Positions 1-10,008 of a stretch of 64,000 bases of DNA are shown piece after piece. The notes beneath the pieces were generated by a model. The model was not told the DNA's origin. It saw nothing but the letters and a program-made list of their open reading frames with translations, and made no database searches. The stretch is from an uncultured Verrucomicrobiae bacterium (lineage in GTDB: Bacteria; Chlamydiota; Chlamydiia; Chlamydiales; Rhabdochlamydiaceae), in contig CAWFUG010000012.1 in NCBI GenBank assembly GCA_963818965.1, positions 32,001 to 96,000 of the forward strand, in the 5' to 3' direction. Made by a program: the position numbers and the translations under genes. How positions within the stretch are numbered: position 1 is the stretch's first letter; every line of letters begins with the position of its first letter.

Positions 1-894
1 CAAGCCGATGCCATGTCCCAAGGAGTGGACGTAGAGGGACTCGACGTCCTCTGCGCGGAAGACCTCGCGGACGGCGGCGTCGAGTGTGCCTAATTTTACT
101 CCGGGGCGGCAGAGCGAAAGCGCCTTTTTCTGCGCTTTTTGGATGAGGGTATAGAAGTGGTGGATCTTTCCCGTTTTTTGCGATGCGGGGAAGAAGACGC
201 GTGTCATGTCAGAGTGGTAGTAGTCCAAAACGACGCCGATATCGATCAGGACGGGATCTTCTTTGGTCAGGGGAATATCTTGGGGGTGATAATGGGGCAT
301 GGCGCCATTGGAACCGAAGGCGATGATCGGATCGAAAGAGAGGCAGTCCGCTCCACTTTGCAAGCAGAAGATCTCAAATCCCTTGGCGATCTCTTTTTCA
401 GTCACACCTACTTTTAAAGCAGAGAGGATCCATTCATAGCCCTTCCAAGCGAGGTGAGCTGATTGTTTCATCTTTTCAATTTCGCCGGCATCTTTGATGA
501 GGCGCAAGGTTTTGAAAAGGGAGGGTTCTGGGATCCACTGCATTTCAGCGTGTTTGTTAGAGAGATGGACAAATCGATCGTAGGAAGTGTGTTGGGCGTC
601 GAAGGCGATCTTTTGCAACGAGGCGCTTTTTAAAAAAGCGGTAATGGCAGCGGGGCTTTCGAGGGTTGCAGATACGGGGGCTCTTTCCTCTGCCACTTGG
701 ATGTATCTGCCGTCGACGAAGAGCTCCGCGTTTTCGGTACCTACAAAGAGGCGGCCGAGCGAGAGTTGCAATCCCGTCAAATAATAGAGATCGAGGGGGT
801 TTTCGATGAGACAACCGTCGATCTCTCGGGCCGCGATCCTTTTTTGCAGGTGTTTAATCCGCGCTAGATAGGGTGCTTCTGAATTTTTTTTCAA
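1..894 (-). CDS. pepP: Xaa-Pro aminopeptidase (M24 family), runs off the window start
   Basis: Not in the ORF track because it is open-ended. The minus frame reads ...ENPLDLYYLTG...LFVDGRY...YVHSLGHGIGL (M24 metal-binding motif). Probable TTG start at 894 with GAGGAGG upstream; follows mutL as in other chlamydiae. Confidence 0.9.
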   Translation of the reverse strand, partial: MKKNSEAPYLARIKHLQKRIAAREIDGCLIENPLDLYYLTGLQLSLGRLFVGTENAELFVDGRYIQVAEERAPVSATLESPAAITAFLKSASLQKIAFDAQHTSYDRFVHLSNKHAEMQWIPEPSLFKTLRLIKDAGEIEKMKQSAHLAWKGYEWILSALKVGVTEKEIAKGFEIFCLQSGADCLSFDPIIAFGSNGAMPHYHPQDIPLTKEDPVLIDIGVVLDYYHSDMTRVFFPASQKTGKIHHFYTLIQKAQKKALSLCRPGVKLGTLDAAVREVFRAEDVESLYVHSLGHGIGL

Positions 895-2554
895 GTTCTT
901 CCTCCTCTAGGTAATAGAGCGTCGCCTTACCTTGGGGGCAAAACGCTGTTTTATTTTCTTTCACAAGACGCAACGCCTCTTCCAAACTATACCGCCTCGC
1001 CTTGCGGCGCGCATGGCGGATGAGCGAGGTCGCTAAGCGACTTAATCTCTCTTCTTGCAATGAACGGTTACTCTCTTGCGCAATCCACTCGTGCAACACA
1101 CTTTCCAACTGATCTTGGTCGAGAAAAGGGGGCAATGCTTCAACCAGAAAAGCCCCTTCTGCGCTCTGGTGCATGAGGATGCCGAGCTTCTCCATCGCAG
1201 GGAGCAGCTCAGAGAGGGCTGCACTCTCTGTTTTGGAAAAACAGAGCGTTTTTGGAAAGAGCAGATACTGCGCTGCCACAGAAGTGCTCGTGTCGGCAAT
1301 CGGCTGCATCAGCGCCTCGAACCAAAGACTCGCTTGAATCGCCGGTAAATCGAAAAAACAGATCCCCTTTTTCGCTGAGACGGTAGAGGCGTCGACGAGG
1401 AGGTAATGGCCGAAAAGGCCGATGGGTTTGATGGCATCGGCAAAAATTTCTTGTCTTTCGGGAGGATCTTCTCGAAGCACAGACCGCTCTTCAAAGGGAG
1501 TGAAGTCTGTAAAAGGGAAGGGTGTAACGGAGGCGTGAGGTGTATATACCTCTAGGGGTACGGTGTGGCCGCTCACGAGAGCTTCGGTGACGACTTTATG
1601 CAGGCGAAATTTGAGGAGAGATTCTTCGTGTAGGCGTACTTCTTTTTTTTGGGGGTGTACATTGACATCGACCAAGGTGGGATCAATGGTGAGGTGGAGC
1701 AAGAAGACGGGGTGACGATCGGCATTGAGGCGCGTCGCGTAGGCTTCTCGGATTGCATACCCGATCGAAGGATAACTGACGGGGCGTCGGTTAATGACGA
1801 GGTGTTGGCCTGAGCGATTGGGGCGAGAGACAAGGGGGCTAGCGAGCCATCCTTCGATCTGAATACCTGGGTCTGTGCTTTGGATAGAAAAGCCCGTAGC
1901 GAGCCATTCTTTACCCAAGAGAACTTCTGCACGCCTTTTCAAGGTGTCGATCGGGGAGAAGGAAAAAATTTCTTTGTGTTGTTGGATCAGAGTGAATCCC
2001 ACGTCAGGGTGAGCGAGTGCGAGCTGGGTGACGCCTTTGGTGATCTCTGCGCTACTTGTGGAGGCGGTTTTTTGAAATTTCTTTCGGGCAGGGACATTGT
2101 AGAAAAGAGAGCGCACCTCTACCGTCGTCCCCTGTGATCTTGCGGCAGGCGCTACTTGGGTAATGACTCCCCCTTCTATCTCTAAGCGGGTTGTCTCTCC
2201 ATCGGCAGGTGCCGTAGTAAGCGTTATTTTGGAGATGGCCGCAATCGAAGCGAGGGCTTCTCCCCGAAACCCCATCGTCTGCAAGGAGAAGAGATCATCT
2301 GCACTCATAATCTTAGAAGTCGCATGCCTCTGAATCGAGAGGAGGGCGTCTTCTCTGTCCATCCCTCTTCCATCGTCGCTGATCTGGATCGATTGAAATC
2401 CCCCAGCCATCGTTTCGATCTGGACTTTGCGCGCTCCCGCATCGATGGCATTTTCCACTAACTCTTTGACGACAGAGGCGGGATTTTCGACCACTTCCCC
2501 AGCGGCGATTTGGTTGATCGTATGGTCAGAAAGGAGGTGGATTTTTGAGGACAT
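854..2554 (-). CDS. mutL: DNA mismatch repair protein MutL
   Basis: INQIAAGEVVE, KELVENAIDAGA, GFRGEALASI, VDVNVHPQK, C-terminal CPQG. Confidence 0.97.
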   Translation of the reverse strand: MSSKIHLLSDHTINQIAAGEVVENPASVVKELVENAIDAGARKVQIETMAGGFQSIQISDDGRGMDREDALLSIQRHATSKIMSADDLFSLQTMGFRGEALASIAAISKITLTTAPADGETTRLEIEGGVITQVAPAARSQGTTVEVRSLFYNVPARKKFQKTASTSSAEITKGVTQLALAHPDVGFTLIQQHKEIFSFSPIDTLKRRAEVLLGKEWLATGFSIQSTDPGIQIEGWLASPLVSRPNRSGQHLVINRRPVSYPSIGYAIREAYATRLNADRHPVFLLHLTIDPTLVDVNVHPQKKEVRLHEESLLKFRLHKVVTEALVSGHTVPLEVYTPHASVTPFPFTDFTPFEERSVLREDPPERQEIFADAIKPIGLFGHYLLVDASTVSAKKGICFFDLPAIQASLWFEALMQPIADTSTSVAAQYLLFPKTLCFSKTESAALSELLPAMEKLGILMHQSAEGAFLVEALPPFLDQDQLESVLHEWIAQESNRSLQEERLSRLATSLIRHARRKARRYSLEEALRLVKENKTAFCPQGKATLYYLEEEELEKKFRSTLSSAD

Positions 2555-2615
2555 AGCTTTCGAGTTTATTTGGATTTATGCTAACATTGAAAGACGTTTA
2601 TAGCGAAGTTTAAAG

Positions 2616-3839
2616 ATGCCTATACGCCCTCTTGCCACAGCGATCGTCAGAACCCTCCAGGAAGCGGGGCACATCGCCTATTTCGCAGGGGGATGGGTGC
2701 GCGATTATCTGTTACAACACCCTTCCGACGACATCGACATCGCGACCTCAGCTAAAGTAGAGGAAGTGCAACGCCTTTTTCCTAAGACAGTTCCCGTGGG
2801 GATCGCTTTTGGGATCATCATCGTGGTCGAACAAGGCCATCCCTTCGAGGTCGCGACCTTTCGCAAAGAGAGCGGGTATCTCGATGGAAGAAGGCCAACA
2901 GAGATCCAATCGGCCTCCCCAGAAGAGGATGCACTCCGCCGGGATTTTACGATTAATGGAATGTTCTGGGATCCGGTTAAAGAAATTCTCTTCGATTTTG
3001 TCGAGGGACAAAAGGATTTGCATAAGGGGATCATCCGCGCTATCGGCGATCCTCACGAGCGGTTTTTAGAGGATCGTTTGCGGATGATGCGCGCTGTTCG
3101 TTATTCGACCCGCTTTCATTTTCCCATCGATCCTCAAACAGAAGAAGCCATTGTGGCTCACGCAGGGGATCTCTTCCCCTCCGTTGCTATCGAAAGGGTC
3201 TGGCAAGAATTTAAAAAAATGGCGCAATTTGCCCATTTTGATCGAGGTCTCATCCAGCTCCACCGACTCCATCTCTTAGCGACGATCTTTCCGACGCTGA
3301 AAAATGTTTCTCTGGAAGAAGTCCGAGAGAGACTGAAACCCTTAAGTGCTTTTCCACGAGGTGCGCCGACGATCTTGGAGCTTTTGCCCCTCTTTCCCAA
3401 CTATTCTCAGCAAGAGGCGCTTGCCTTATGCGATAGGCTCAAACTCTCAGGCCAGGAGAAAAAAAGCGTCGAGCTGTTCTACCGAGCGAAAGCTCTTTTA
3501 GCCATCTCTGTAGAACCAGTCGATTGGGCGCATTTCTATGCAGAAGACCATGCGTTTTTAACCCTAGAAGTGCGCGCTGCTTTCTTACCCACAGAAGAAC
3601 AAAGGCCTTTTCTCTTAGAGCATAAAGAGAGAGAAGATCAGTTGCGCCGAGCGATCGTGCGCATCCGCGCAAAAGATCCCCTCGTGCGTGCAGAGCATCT
3701 GATCCAGGAGGGAATTTCTCCAGGCAAGAAAATGGGACTTCTCTTAAGAGAAGCAGAGAAAATCGGCATCAATCATGGACTGGAGACAAAGGAAGAAATC
3801 ATTCATTTCCTAAAAAAATCCACCCTGTGGCACAATTGA
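2616..3839 (+). CDS. cca: CCA tRNA nucleotidyltransferase (class II)
   Basis: GGWVRD..DIDIAT, RRDFTING and EDRLR motifs. Lacks the GRRF poly(A)-polymerase signature, so CCA-adding is favoured over PcnB. Confidence 0.85.
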   Translation: MPIRPLATAIVRTLQEAGHIAYFAGGWVRDYLLQHPSDDIDIATSAKVEEVQRLFPKTVPVGIAFGIIIVVEQGHPFEVATFRKESGYLDGRRPTEIQSASPEEDALRRDFTINGMFWDPVKEILFDFVEGQKDLHKGIIRAIGDPHERFLEDRLRMMRAVRYSTRFHFPIDPQTEEAIVAHAGDLFPSVAIERVWQEFKKMAQFAHFDRGLIQLHRLHLLATIFPTLKNVSLEEVRERLKPLSAFPRGAPTILELLPLFPNYSQQEALALCDRLKLSGQEKKSVELFYRAKALLAISVEPVDWAHFYAEDHAFLTLEVRAAFLPTEEQRPFLLEHKEREDQLRRAIVRIRAKDPLVRAEHLIQEGISPGKKMGLLLREAEKIGINHGLETKEEIIHFLKKSTLWHN

Positions 3840-4756
3840 TCCCGATGCTGAAAAAATTGTCCGTCGGATTTGCGCTTCTTCTCTTTGGTTTTTCCCTGTT
3901 TCTCGGGATCGATCGTTTCGTCCATCGCCAATCTACCCGCTTTGCCGCCGAGAAAATCACCTCGTATCAACCCTACTCTTCTGAATGGGAACTGCCCCAG
4001 CTCTCTGAAGAAGAGCTGAAGGAAGTCGATTCGATCTTAGATCAAAAATTCACCTACTACGGTAAGGGATCTCAAGCCTACGTCTTTATCTCAGAGGACA
4101 AACAGTTCATTTTAAAATTCTTAAAACAGACGAAATTGCGTCCTAAGAGCTGGCTTTCTGTCTTCCCCTTTTCTATGAATCCCTATTATCAAGAAAAGCT
4201 GATCAAACAAAAAAAAGCGGAAGCTACTTTTTTAGCGAGCAAAATTGCATTTGTCGAATTGAAAAAAGAGACGGGTCTGATCTATGCCCACCTCAATCGC
4301 GACGATAGCCTACAGAAAAAGGTAACCGTCTTCGATCGCTTTGGAGAGAAACATCTCATCGATGTCGGCAAGACGACATTTTACATCCAAAAACGCGCTC
4401 AACTCATTTATGCGCGGATCTCAGAGCTCATGCATCAGGGCGATCTGGAATCTGCAAAAAATGTCATCTCCTCCGTCTTCCAGCTCATCGATTTTCTAGG
4501 ACAAAAGGGGATAGTGGACAACGACCCCATCCTGCGAAAAAATTTCGGGTTGATCGAGGACATCGCTGTTCAAATCGATATCGGCAAAATGCGCATCGAT
4601 CCTGTCAGTCGAGAGACCCTCGCCTATAAGCAAGAAGTCGCGAGTATTACACATAGTTTCAGGACTTGGCTTAACAACAACTACCCCCCTCTGATCGAAC
4701 ACTTCGACACAGAACTGAGGGCGATCACCACAGAGATGAGAAAACACAGAGAATAA
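3827..4756 (+). CDS. Membrane-anchored protein-kinase-like hypothetical protein
   Basis: N-terminal TM segment; GKGSQAYV (Gly loop), ILKF (Lys), DNDPILRKNFG (catalytic-loop-like), IDIG (DFG-like). Paralog of 8023..8946. Confidence 0.6.
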   Translation: MAQLIPMLKKLSVGFALLLFGFSLFLGIDRFVHRQSTRFAAEKITSYQPYSSEWELPQLSEEELKEVDSILDQKFTYYGKGSQAYVFISEDKQFILKFLKQTKLRPKSWLSVFPFSMNPYYQEKLIKQKKAEATFLASKIAFVELKKETGLIYAHLNRDDSLQKKVTVFDRFGEKHLIDVGKTTFYIQKRAQLIYARISELMHQGDLESAKNVISSVFQLIDFLGQKGIVDNDPILRKNFGLIEDIAVQIDIGKMRIDPVSRETLAYKQEVASITHSFRTWLNNNYPPLIEHFDTELRAITTEMRKHRE

Positions 4757-4779
4757 ATTTTCCTCTCTGTGGTAAAATT
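4726..4779. repeat. CACAGAG-type palindromic repeat (partial), overlaps the 3' end of the upstream CDS
   Basis: CACCACAGAGATGAGAAAACACAGAGA...TTCCTCTCTGTGGT; same motif at 13620 and 15436. Confidence 0.75.
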
Positions 4780-4787
4780 ACTTATAT

Positions 4788-6086
4788 TCAGAACGGGGCG
4801 TTGCGGCCTGAATAGTGGGCTTTGGAGTCGAGGGCGTCTTCGATTTCGAGGAGGCGGTTGTACTTGGCGACGCGGTCTGTTCTTGAGAGTGAACCGGTTT
4901 TGATCTGGCCAGAAGAAGTAGCGACGCTCAAATCGGCAATCGTCGTGTCCTCTGTTTCCCCAGAGCGATGGGATAAGATCGTAGAGTAGTTGTGTTTTTT
5001 CGCGTGAGCGATCGTATCCAAGGTCTCAGAGAGGGTTCCGATTTGATTGGGTTTGATGAGAATAGCGTTGGCGATTTGTTCTCGAATCCCTCTGTCTAGA
5101 AATTTGAGATTAGTCACGAAGATATCGTCTCCGACGATCTGGATCTTGGATCCTAAACGTTTCGTGAGCAGCTTCCAGCCCTCCCAATCATTTTGATCGA
5201 GGGGATCTTCGATCGAGTCGATCGGGTATCGATCGCAGAGCGATTCCAGATAGATCGACTGAGCTTCTGCAGAGCGCATTTCAAAGGGTTGATTGACGAG
5301 AGCCTTTTTCTTCTCAAAATAGGAAGCGTTCGCGGGATCGAAAAATTCAGAGGCAGCGCAATCGAGTGCGATCGTCACATCCGATCCTGCTCGGTAGCCC
5401 GCCTTCTCGATCGCTCGGATAATGAAATCGAGCGCCTCTTCATTCGACGATAAACGCGGGGCAAAGCCCCCTTCATCTCCGACGGAAGTAACGTGACCAT
5501 TTTCTTGTAAGATTTTTTTTAGCGTGTGGAAAATTTCAGCACCACACCGAATCGCCTCTCGAAAAGAGGAAGCGCCGACTGGCCGAATCATGAATTCCTG
5601 AAAATCGAGGAGATTATCTGCATGCGCCCCTCCATTGATGATATTCATCATGGGACAGGGGAGGAGGACTGCAGATTCCCCTCCGAGGGAGCGATAGAGA
5701 GGGAGTTTGTGAGAATGCGCATGCGCTTTTGCAGCAGCGAGCGAAATGCCGAGAAGGGCATTCGCCCCAAAGTGGGATTTATTCGGCGTTCCATCTGTCT
5801 CGATGAGGCATTGATCCAATCCCCTCTGATCGGCTAGATCCCACCCCTTGACAGATTCAAACAGGGGCCCATTCACATGGGCAACCGCTTGTAATACTCC
5901 TTTGCCGCCATAGCGGTTGGGATCTTTATCGCGCAGTTCCACTGCTTCATGTTCTCCGGTCGAAGCTCCCGATGGTACAGAGGCCTTCCCGTAGGAGCCA
6001 TCGTCGGCGCGGACGACGACTTCTAGAGTCGGATTACCGCGGGAATCGAGAATCTCAAGAGCGTGGACGGTCTTTATCTTTGCCAT
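4788..6086 (-). CDS. eno: Enolase
   Basis: [56 protein letters not shown]. Confidence 0.99.
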   Translation of the reverse strand: MAKIKTVHALEILDSRGNPTLEVVVRADDGSYGKASVPSGASTGEHEAVELRDKDPNRYGGKGVLQAVAHVNGPLFESVKGWDLADQRGLDQCLIETDGTPNKSHFGANALLGISLAAAKAHAHSHKLPLYRSLGGESAVLLPCPMMNIINGGAHADNLLDFQEFMIRPVGASSFREAIRCGAEIFHTLKKILQENGHVTSVGDEGGFAPRLSSNEEALDFIIRAIEKAGYRAGSDVTIALDCAASEFFDPANASYFEKKKALVNQPFEMRSAEAQSIYLESLCDRYPIDSIEDPLDQNDWEGWKLLTKRLGSKIQIVGDDIFVTNLKFLDRGIREQIANAILIKPNQIGTLSETLDTIAHAKKHNYSTILSHRSGETEDTTIADLSVATSSGQIKTGSLSRTDRVAKYNRLLEIEDALDSKAHYSGRNAPF

Positions 6087-6090
6087 AACC

Positions 6091-7218
6091 CTATCTCAGT
6101 CGGTGTTTTTCAGAAAGAGAGCTCATTAAAGCACAATAAGAGTGGAACCGTAAAGAAGAAATCTCCCCTTTTTCGACAGCCGCTTTCACCGCACACTCTG
6201 GCTCGTTCATATGAGCGCAATCGGGGTATTTACACTGAGAGGCTACGCTTTGAATCTCGGGATAGCCGGTGGCAAAATCGGAAACCTCGAGCTCCCACAC
6301 GCCAAAACTTTTGATCCCAGGTGTATCGATACAAAAGCCGCCTTTTTCTAAAGGGACGAGATGAGTCGTCGTCGTCGTGTGGGAGCCTTTTCGCGTGTGG
6401 TAGACAAGCCCTCCGGTTGCGAGATCTGTTCCCGTCATACAATTGATCAGAGAGGACTTGCCTACTCCCGACTGCCCTGAAAATACAGAAGTCTTGCCAG
6501 ACATCCATTTTTTGAGTGTTTCGATCCCCTCTCCCGTCACGATACTTACCGGCACGATCTTAAACCCTAGCGTTTCATAGGCGGCGAGAAATTCAGCGTA
6601 GAGCTCCTTTTGCTTTTCGAAAAAAACGGGGTCAATTTCGGGTGGGGGAGTCTGTAAAAGATCGATCTTATTGATCACGAGGATCGGCTCCATGTTCCCT
6701 TTAAGAGCTGCGATGATGTAGCGATCGATAAGGGCGGGTTTTAAGGGGGGGAGGACCACCGAAGCGGTGATGAGGACCTGATCGATATTGACGGCGATGA
6801 GCTGCTCTTTATTGCGCGAGAGGTTATCGGCGCGCGATAGGATGGAATGACGCGGCTCTACTTTTACAATCGTCGCTTCTTTCCCCTCTTCGACTTTTAC
6901 AAAATCTCCGACAGCGATGAGATTTTTTACTCGGCTCTTTTCTTGCTTCAGAGTCCCTTTTAATGTGCAAAACTGTTCATTATCTTCTAAAGCGACGATC
7001 ACTCCTTCTGGTAAAACCGCGAGGACGCGTCCCGTCCTCAGATGGGCCGTATCTTCATCTGACTGGAGTTCTAAGTGCTTTTTCTTTTGGTCTTGATCTG
7101 TTTTTTTAAACTGCGAACGGTCTTTATTCGTGATGATCTTTCGCTCTTTGCGAGAGGCTTTCCGATCTTTGGAATGAAACGCTTCTTCTAAGCACCAGAT
7201 GTCCTCTTCCTTACTCAT
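6091..7218 (-). CDS. rsgA: Ribosome small subunit-dependent GTPase A
   Basis: [23 protein letters not shown] and the CKYPDC-H-EPEC zinc finger. Start set at MSKEE. Confidence 0.96.
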   Translation of the reverse strand: MSKEEDIWCLEEAFHSKDRKASRKERKIITNKDRSQFKKTDQDQKKKHLELQSDEDTAHLRTGRVLAVLPEGVIVALEDNEQFCTLKGTLKQEKSRVKNLIAVGDFVKVEEGKEATIVKVEPRHSILSRADNLSRNKEQLIAVNIDQVLITASVVLPPLKPALIDRYIIAALKGNMEPILVINKIDLLQTPPPEIDPVFFEKQKELYAEFLAAYETLGFKIVPVSIVTGEGIETLKKWMSGKTSVFSGQSGVGKSSLINCMTGTDLATGGLVYHTRKGSHTTTTTHLVPLEKGGFCIDTPGIKSFGVWELEVSDFATGYPEIQSVASQCKYPDCAHMNEPECAVKAAVEKGEISSLRFHSYCALMSSLSEKHRLR

Positions 7219-7957
7219 ATTTAAGTGCACCTAAGCTAAACATTAAGATCGCCCCGGCGGTTGCGACATTGAGCGATTCCATTGCGCTGTGCATGGGGAT
7301 CGAAACAGCGAGCGCTTTTGTCCTCAAGGAGGGGCTCAGTCCCTGAGACTCATTGCCAAGAGCCAGCGCAAGCGGTGGGGTAACAGAGGTCTTTTGAACA
7401 GGTTTTCCCTTGGGATCCGCCGCCACCAAAGTCAGAGAGTTTTCTTGGAGAACTCTATCGAGTTCTTCCCAAGAACCACTCCGCCAGGAGATCTTGAATG
7501 TCGCCCCTTTTGCCGCGCTTAATGCCCTTTCATTATAGGGGTCTGTGCTCCCGGGCGTCAAAAACACTCCTTGCCAACCTAAACCCAGCGCCGTGCGCAT
7601 CAGGGTTCCGAGATTCCCTGGATCAGAGATCCCATCGAGAATCAGCAACAAGGAGATATTCTTTAATACAGCGGGGGCTGGCATTGCAATCTCAGCCGCC
7701 ATCCCTTCTGGTGAGGGGTGTCCGGTGATTTTCCTGAGAATGTTGGGGGAGACAACAACGGTTTTATTGGATAAAGCAGGAAGTGTACACCCCTCTTCCA
7801 GGATCAAAGTGCTCGAGGGAAATAGGGGAAGAAGCTCAGAAACCAGCTTTTTGCCACTAACGAGCACCTTGCCTTGCGCATAACGGTAGTGCCGGTCTTC
7901 TCTTAATTTGACCAAATGCTTGACAAGCGGATGTTGTAAGCTGGAAATTTCTCGCAT
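7211..7957 (-). CDS. TrmH/SpoU family RNA methyltransferase
   Basis: DPGNLGTLMR, LGNESQG, ESLNVA SPOUT motifs. Confidence 0.93.
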   Translation of the reverse strand: MREISSLQHPLVKHLVKLREDRHYRYAQGKVLVSGKKLVSELLPLFPSSTLILEEGCTLPALSNKTVVVSPNILRKITGHPSPEGMAAEIAMPAPAVLKNISLLLILDGISDPGNLGTLMRTALGLGWQGVFLTPGSTDPYNERALSAAKGATFKISWRSGSWEELDRVLQENSLTLVAADPKGKPVQKTSVTPPLALALGNESQGLSPSLRTKALAVSIPMHSAMESLNVATAGAILMFSLGALKYE

Positions 7958-8022
7958 GACCATTCGGATAAGGGTAACAAAATTAGCTATTGACTCTCAA
8001 CTAAATTTCTTGTTATGGTTCC

Positions 8023-8946
8023 ATGAATTTTTTCTATGTAGATTATACATCAATGCATTACCGACAAATACAGGTGCTTCTGCTGGCTCTCCTTTCTCTG
8101 GCTCCCCTTTTGCTGATGTGGATGGGGTTTTATTTTTTCTTCCAGCACACCGGCTTTACCATCGATAAGATCTCCTCAAAAATTGAATATAACCAAAACT
8201 GGAATCCTCTCCCCCTTTCCCGAGAAGATACCGACTTCCTCCTCCACGAAGTATTCAGTCAGCCCTACTATTACCTCGCCTCAGGCGGCCTTTGTTATGC
8301 CTTCTTGAGCCAAGACCAGCGATTTGTCATTAAATTTTTTAAAATGCAAAATCTCAATGCAAAGCGCAGCAGCCTTAAAAACCTGTTTTCTCGATCGGAA
8401 AATTCCTCAACCTCTTCACTGCTTTTCGAAAGAGTATTTACGAGCTATCTCGATGCCTACCAAGAATTAAGGGAGGAAACGGCACTCATCTACGTCCATT
8501 TCAATAAAACGCAGGATCTGAAGGCGAAAGTGACTCTCATCGATCACAAAGACAAAAGATACGCAATTGACCTCGATACAGTGGAATTCGTCGTCCAGCA
8601 AACAGCAGAGAAGATTTACGAACACCTCTTATCCCTTAAGCCAGAAGAGGCGCAGTGCGCCCTACGCTCCTTTTTCGATCTCATCGCCAATCGCTGCAAA
8701 AAGGGATTTTCCACACAAGAGCTCAGTTTGCGCAATAATTTTGGATTTTGCGGAAAAAAAGCGATCCAGATCGATTGTACCACCCTCATCCGCGATGATT
8801 CGATGAAATACCCACATAATTTCAGAGAGGAAGTGATGCTGATCGCGGAACGGCTCAATCAATGGGCACAGGTCGAAAACCCAGATCTTTGCGTTTTTAT
8901 TCAAGAAGAAGCCCAAAGGACGATTAACGAGAGAGGTTTTCCTTAA
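8023..8946 (+). CDS. Membrane-anchored kinase-like protein (degenerate motifs)
   Basis: N-terminal TM; LASGGLCYAF, VIKF, QELSLRNNFG, IQIDCT. Aligns by eye with 3827..4756 along its length. Confidence 0.6.
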   Translation: MNFFYVDYTSMHYRQIQVLLLALLSLAPLLLMWMGFYFFFQHTGFTIDKISSKIEYNQNWNPLPLSREDTDFLLHEVFSQPYYYLASGGLCYAFLSQDQRFVIKFFKMQNLNAKRSSLKNLFSRSENSSTSSLLFERVFTSYLDAYQELREETALIYVHFNKTQDLKAKVTLIDHKDKRYAIDLDTVEFVVQQTAEKIYEHLLSLKPEEAQCALRSFFDLIANRCKKGFSTQELSLRNNFGFCGKKAIQIDCTTLIRDDSMKYPHNFREEVMLIAERLNQWAQVENPDLCVFIQEEAQRTINERGFP

Positions 8947-10003
8947 AGACATCGACTTGCTGTCTAATGAAAAAACTCTGACCGCTCATCAGCGTCGTGT
9001 GTGCCGTGAGGGGCTGCATGGGTGTTTCGAGAGAGAGCTCGTAAACAGTACCAAACAAGTTCCCAACTTTAGAGACTAGATCCCCCTTCGTCACGTAGGA
9101 GATAAATCCTTTTTGCCGATTCTCTGGCAGAATCTGCCAGTCGTCGATTACTTGAGAAGAGACACCGGGGGCGTTGAAACAGAATGATCCCACAGAATCA
9201 ATCCAATCATTTTCATAGATAAAGGTATACGCAGCAAGGGCGCCTCCCAAACTAAATCCAAACACCCGCGCTTTGTGATTTTGCGCCTGCATCTTTTGCA
9301 ACCAAATACGTAATTTTTTCCGCGATTTCTCGAAAGCGGAAAGCCCAGGACCTGCGATATCCAAATCGCTCATCACAGAAGCCCAGCCCCTTTGAGAATC
9401 TAATGAGAGGTCTGTGCCCCGGAATACGAGCAAAGCCGGTACTCCTTTCTGCGAGGGCTTAAGGCCAAACGCCGGCATTCCATGCCACAAATCGAACACC
9501 TGGTCTACGACAAAAGACTCTACAGATGCTCTGCCCTCCTTCACTACGGGAATTTCAAATCTTTGCCCCACTTTCAAATCCCGATAGGCCAATACTTTTG
9601 TCAACACTTCTGCAACGACGAATGCAAGGACATCAGGATCTCTTATCTCTTCTGAAAATCGGCTTAAGAGGCAAGAGACGATTGCTAAATCTGCCGGAGC
9701 CGTGGAGACCTTACCCACGAGAGGATGAGCGATCGAAAAATAGCCATAGCGCTCGGCAAACGCCCGTAAATCGGAGAGATCGACAGTGATTTTCTCTTCA
9801 AAGACAGGTTGAAACAACGTGTAACGCTTTAAATGCCGACTCGAGCTCCAATTTAAGAATTGATCGAAATGCCTCAACGTCTTCACACGCATCTTCCCCT
9901 TCCAAGGGCTCTCCTTGATAAATGGGGGAAGACACTGATCCGCTGTCGCGTAGGAAAAAATTGTCCCGATGAGGAGAAAAGCGACACACCGAATGAACAA
10001 CAC
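8924..10003 (-). CDS. Class 3 lipase-like alpha/beta hydrolase, signal peptide
   Basis: LVFRGT, GFSLGG (GxSxG), FNAPG, DLVSKVG, distal His (TAH). Confidence 0.75.
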   Translation of the reverse strand: MLFIRCVAFLLIGTIFSYATADQCLPPFIKESPWKGKMRVKTLRHFDQFLNWSSSRHLKRYTLFQPVFEEKITVDLSDLRAFAERYGYFSIAHPLVGKVSTAPADLAIVSCLLSRFSEEIRDPDVLAFVVAEVLTKVLAYRDLKVGQRFEIPVVKEGRASVESFVVDQVFDLWHGMPAFGLKPSQKGVPALLVFRGTDLSLDSQRGWASVMSDLDIAGPGLSAFEKSRKKLRIWLQKMQAQNHKARVFGFSLGGALAAYTFIYENDWIDSVGSFCFNAPGVSSQVIDDWQILPENRQKGFISYVTKGDLVSKVGNLFGTVYELSLETPMQPLTAHTTLMSGQSFFIRQQVDVFKENLSR

Positions 10004-10008
10004 GCGTA

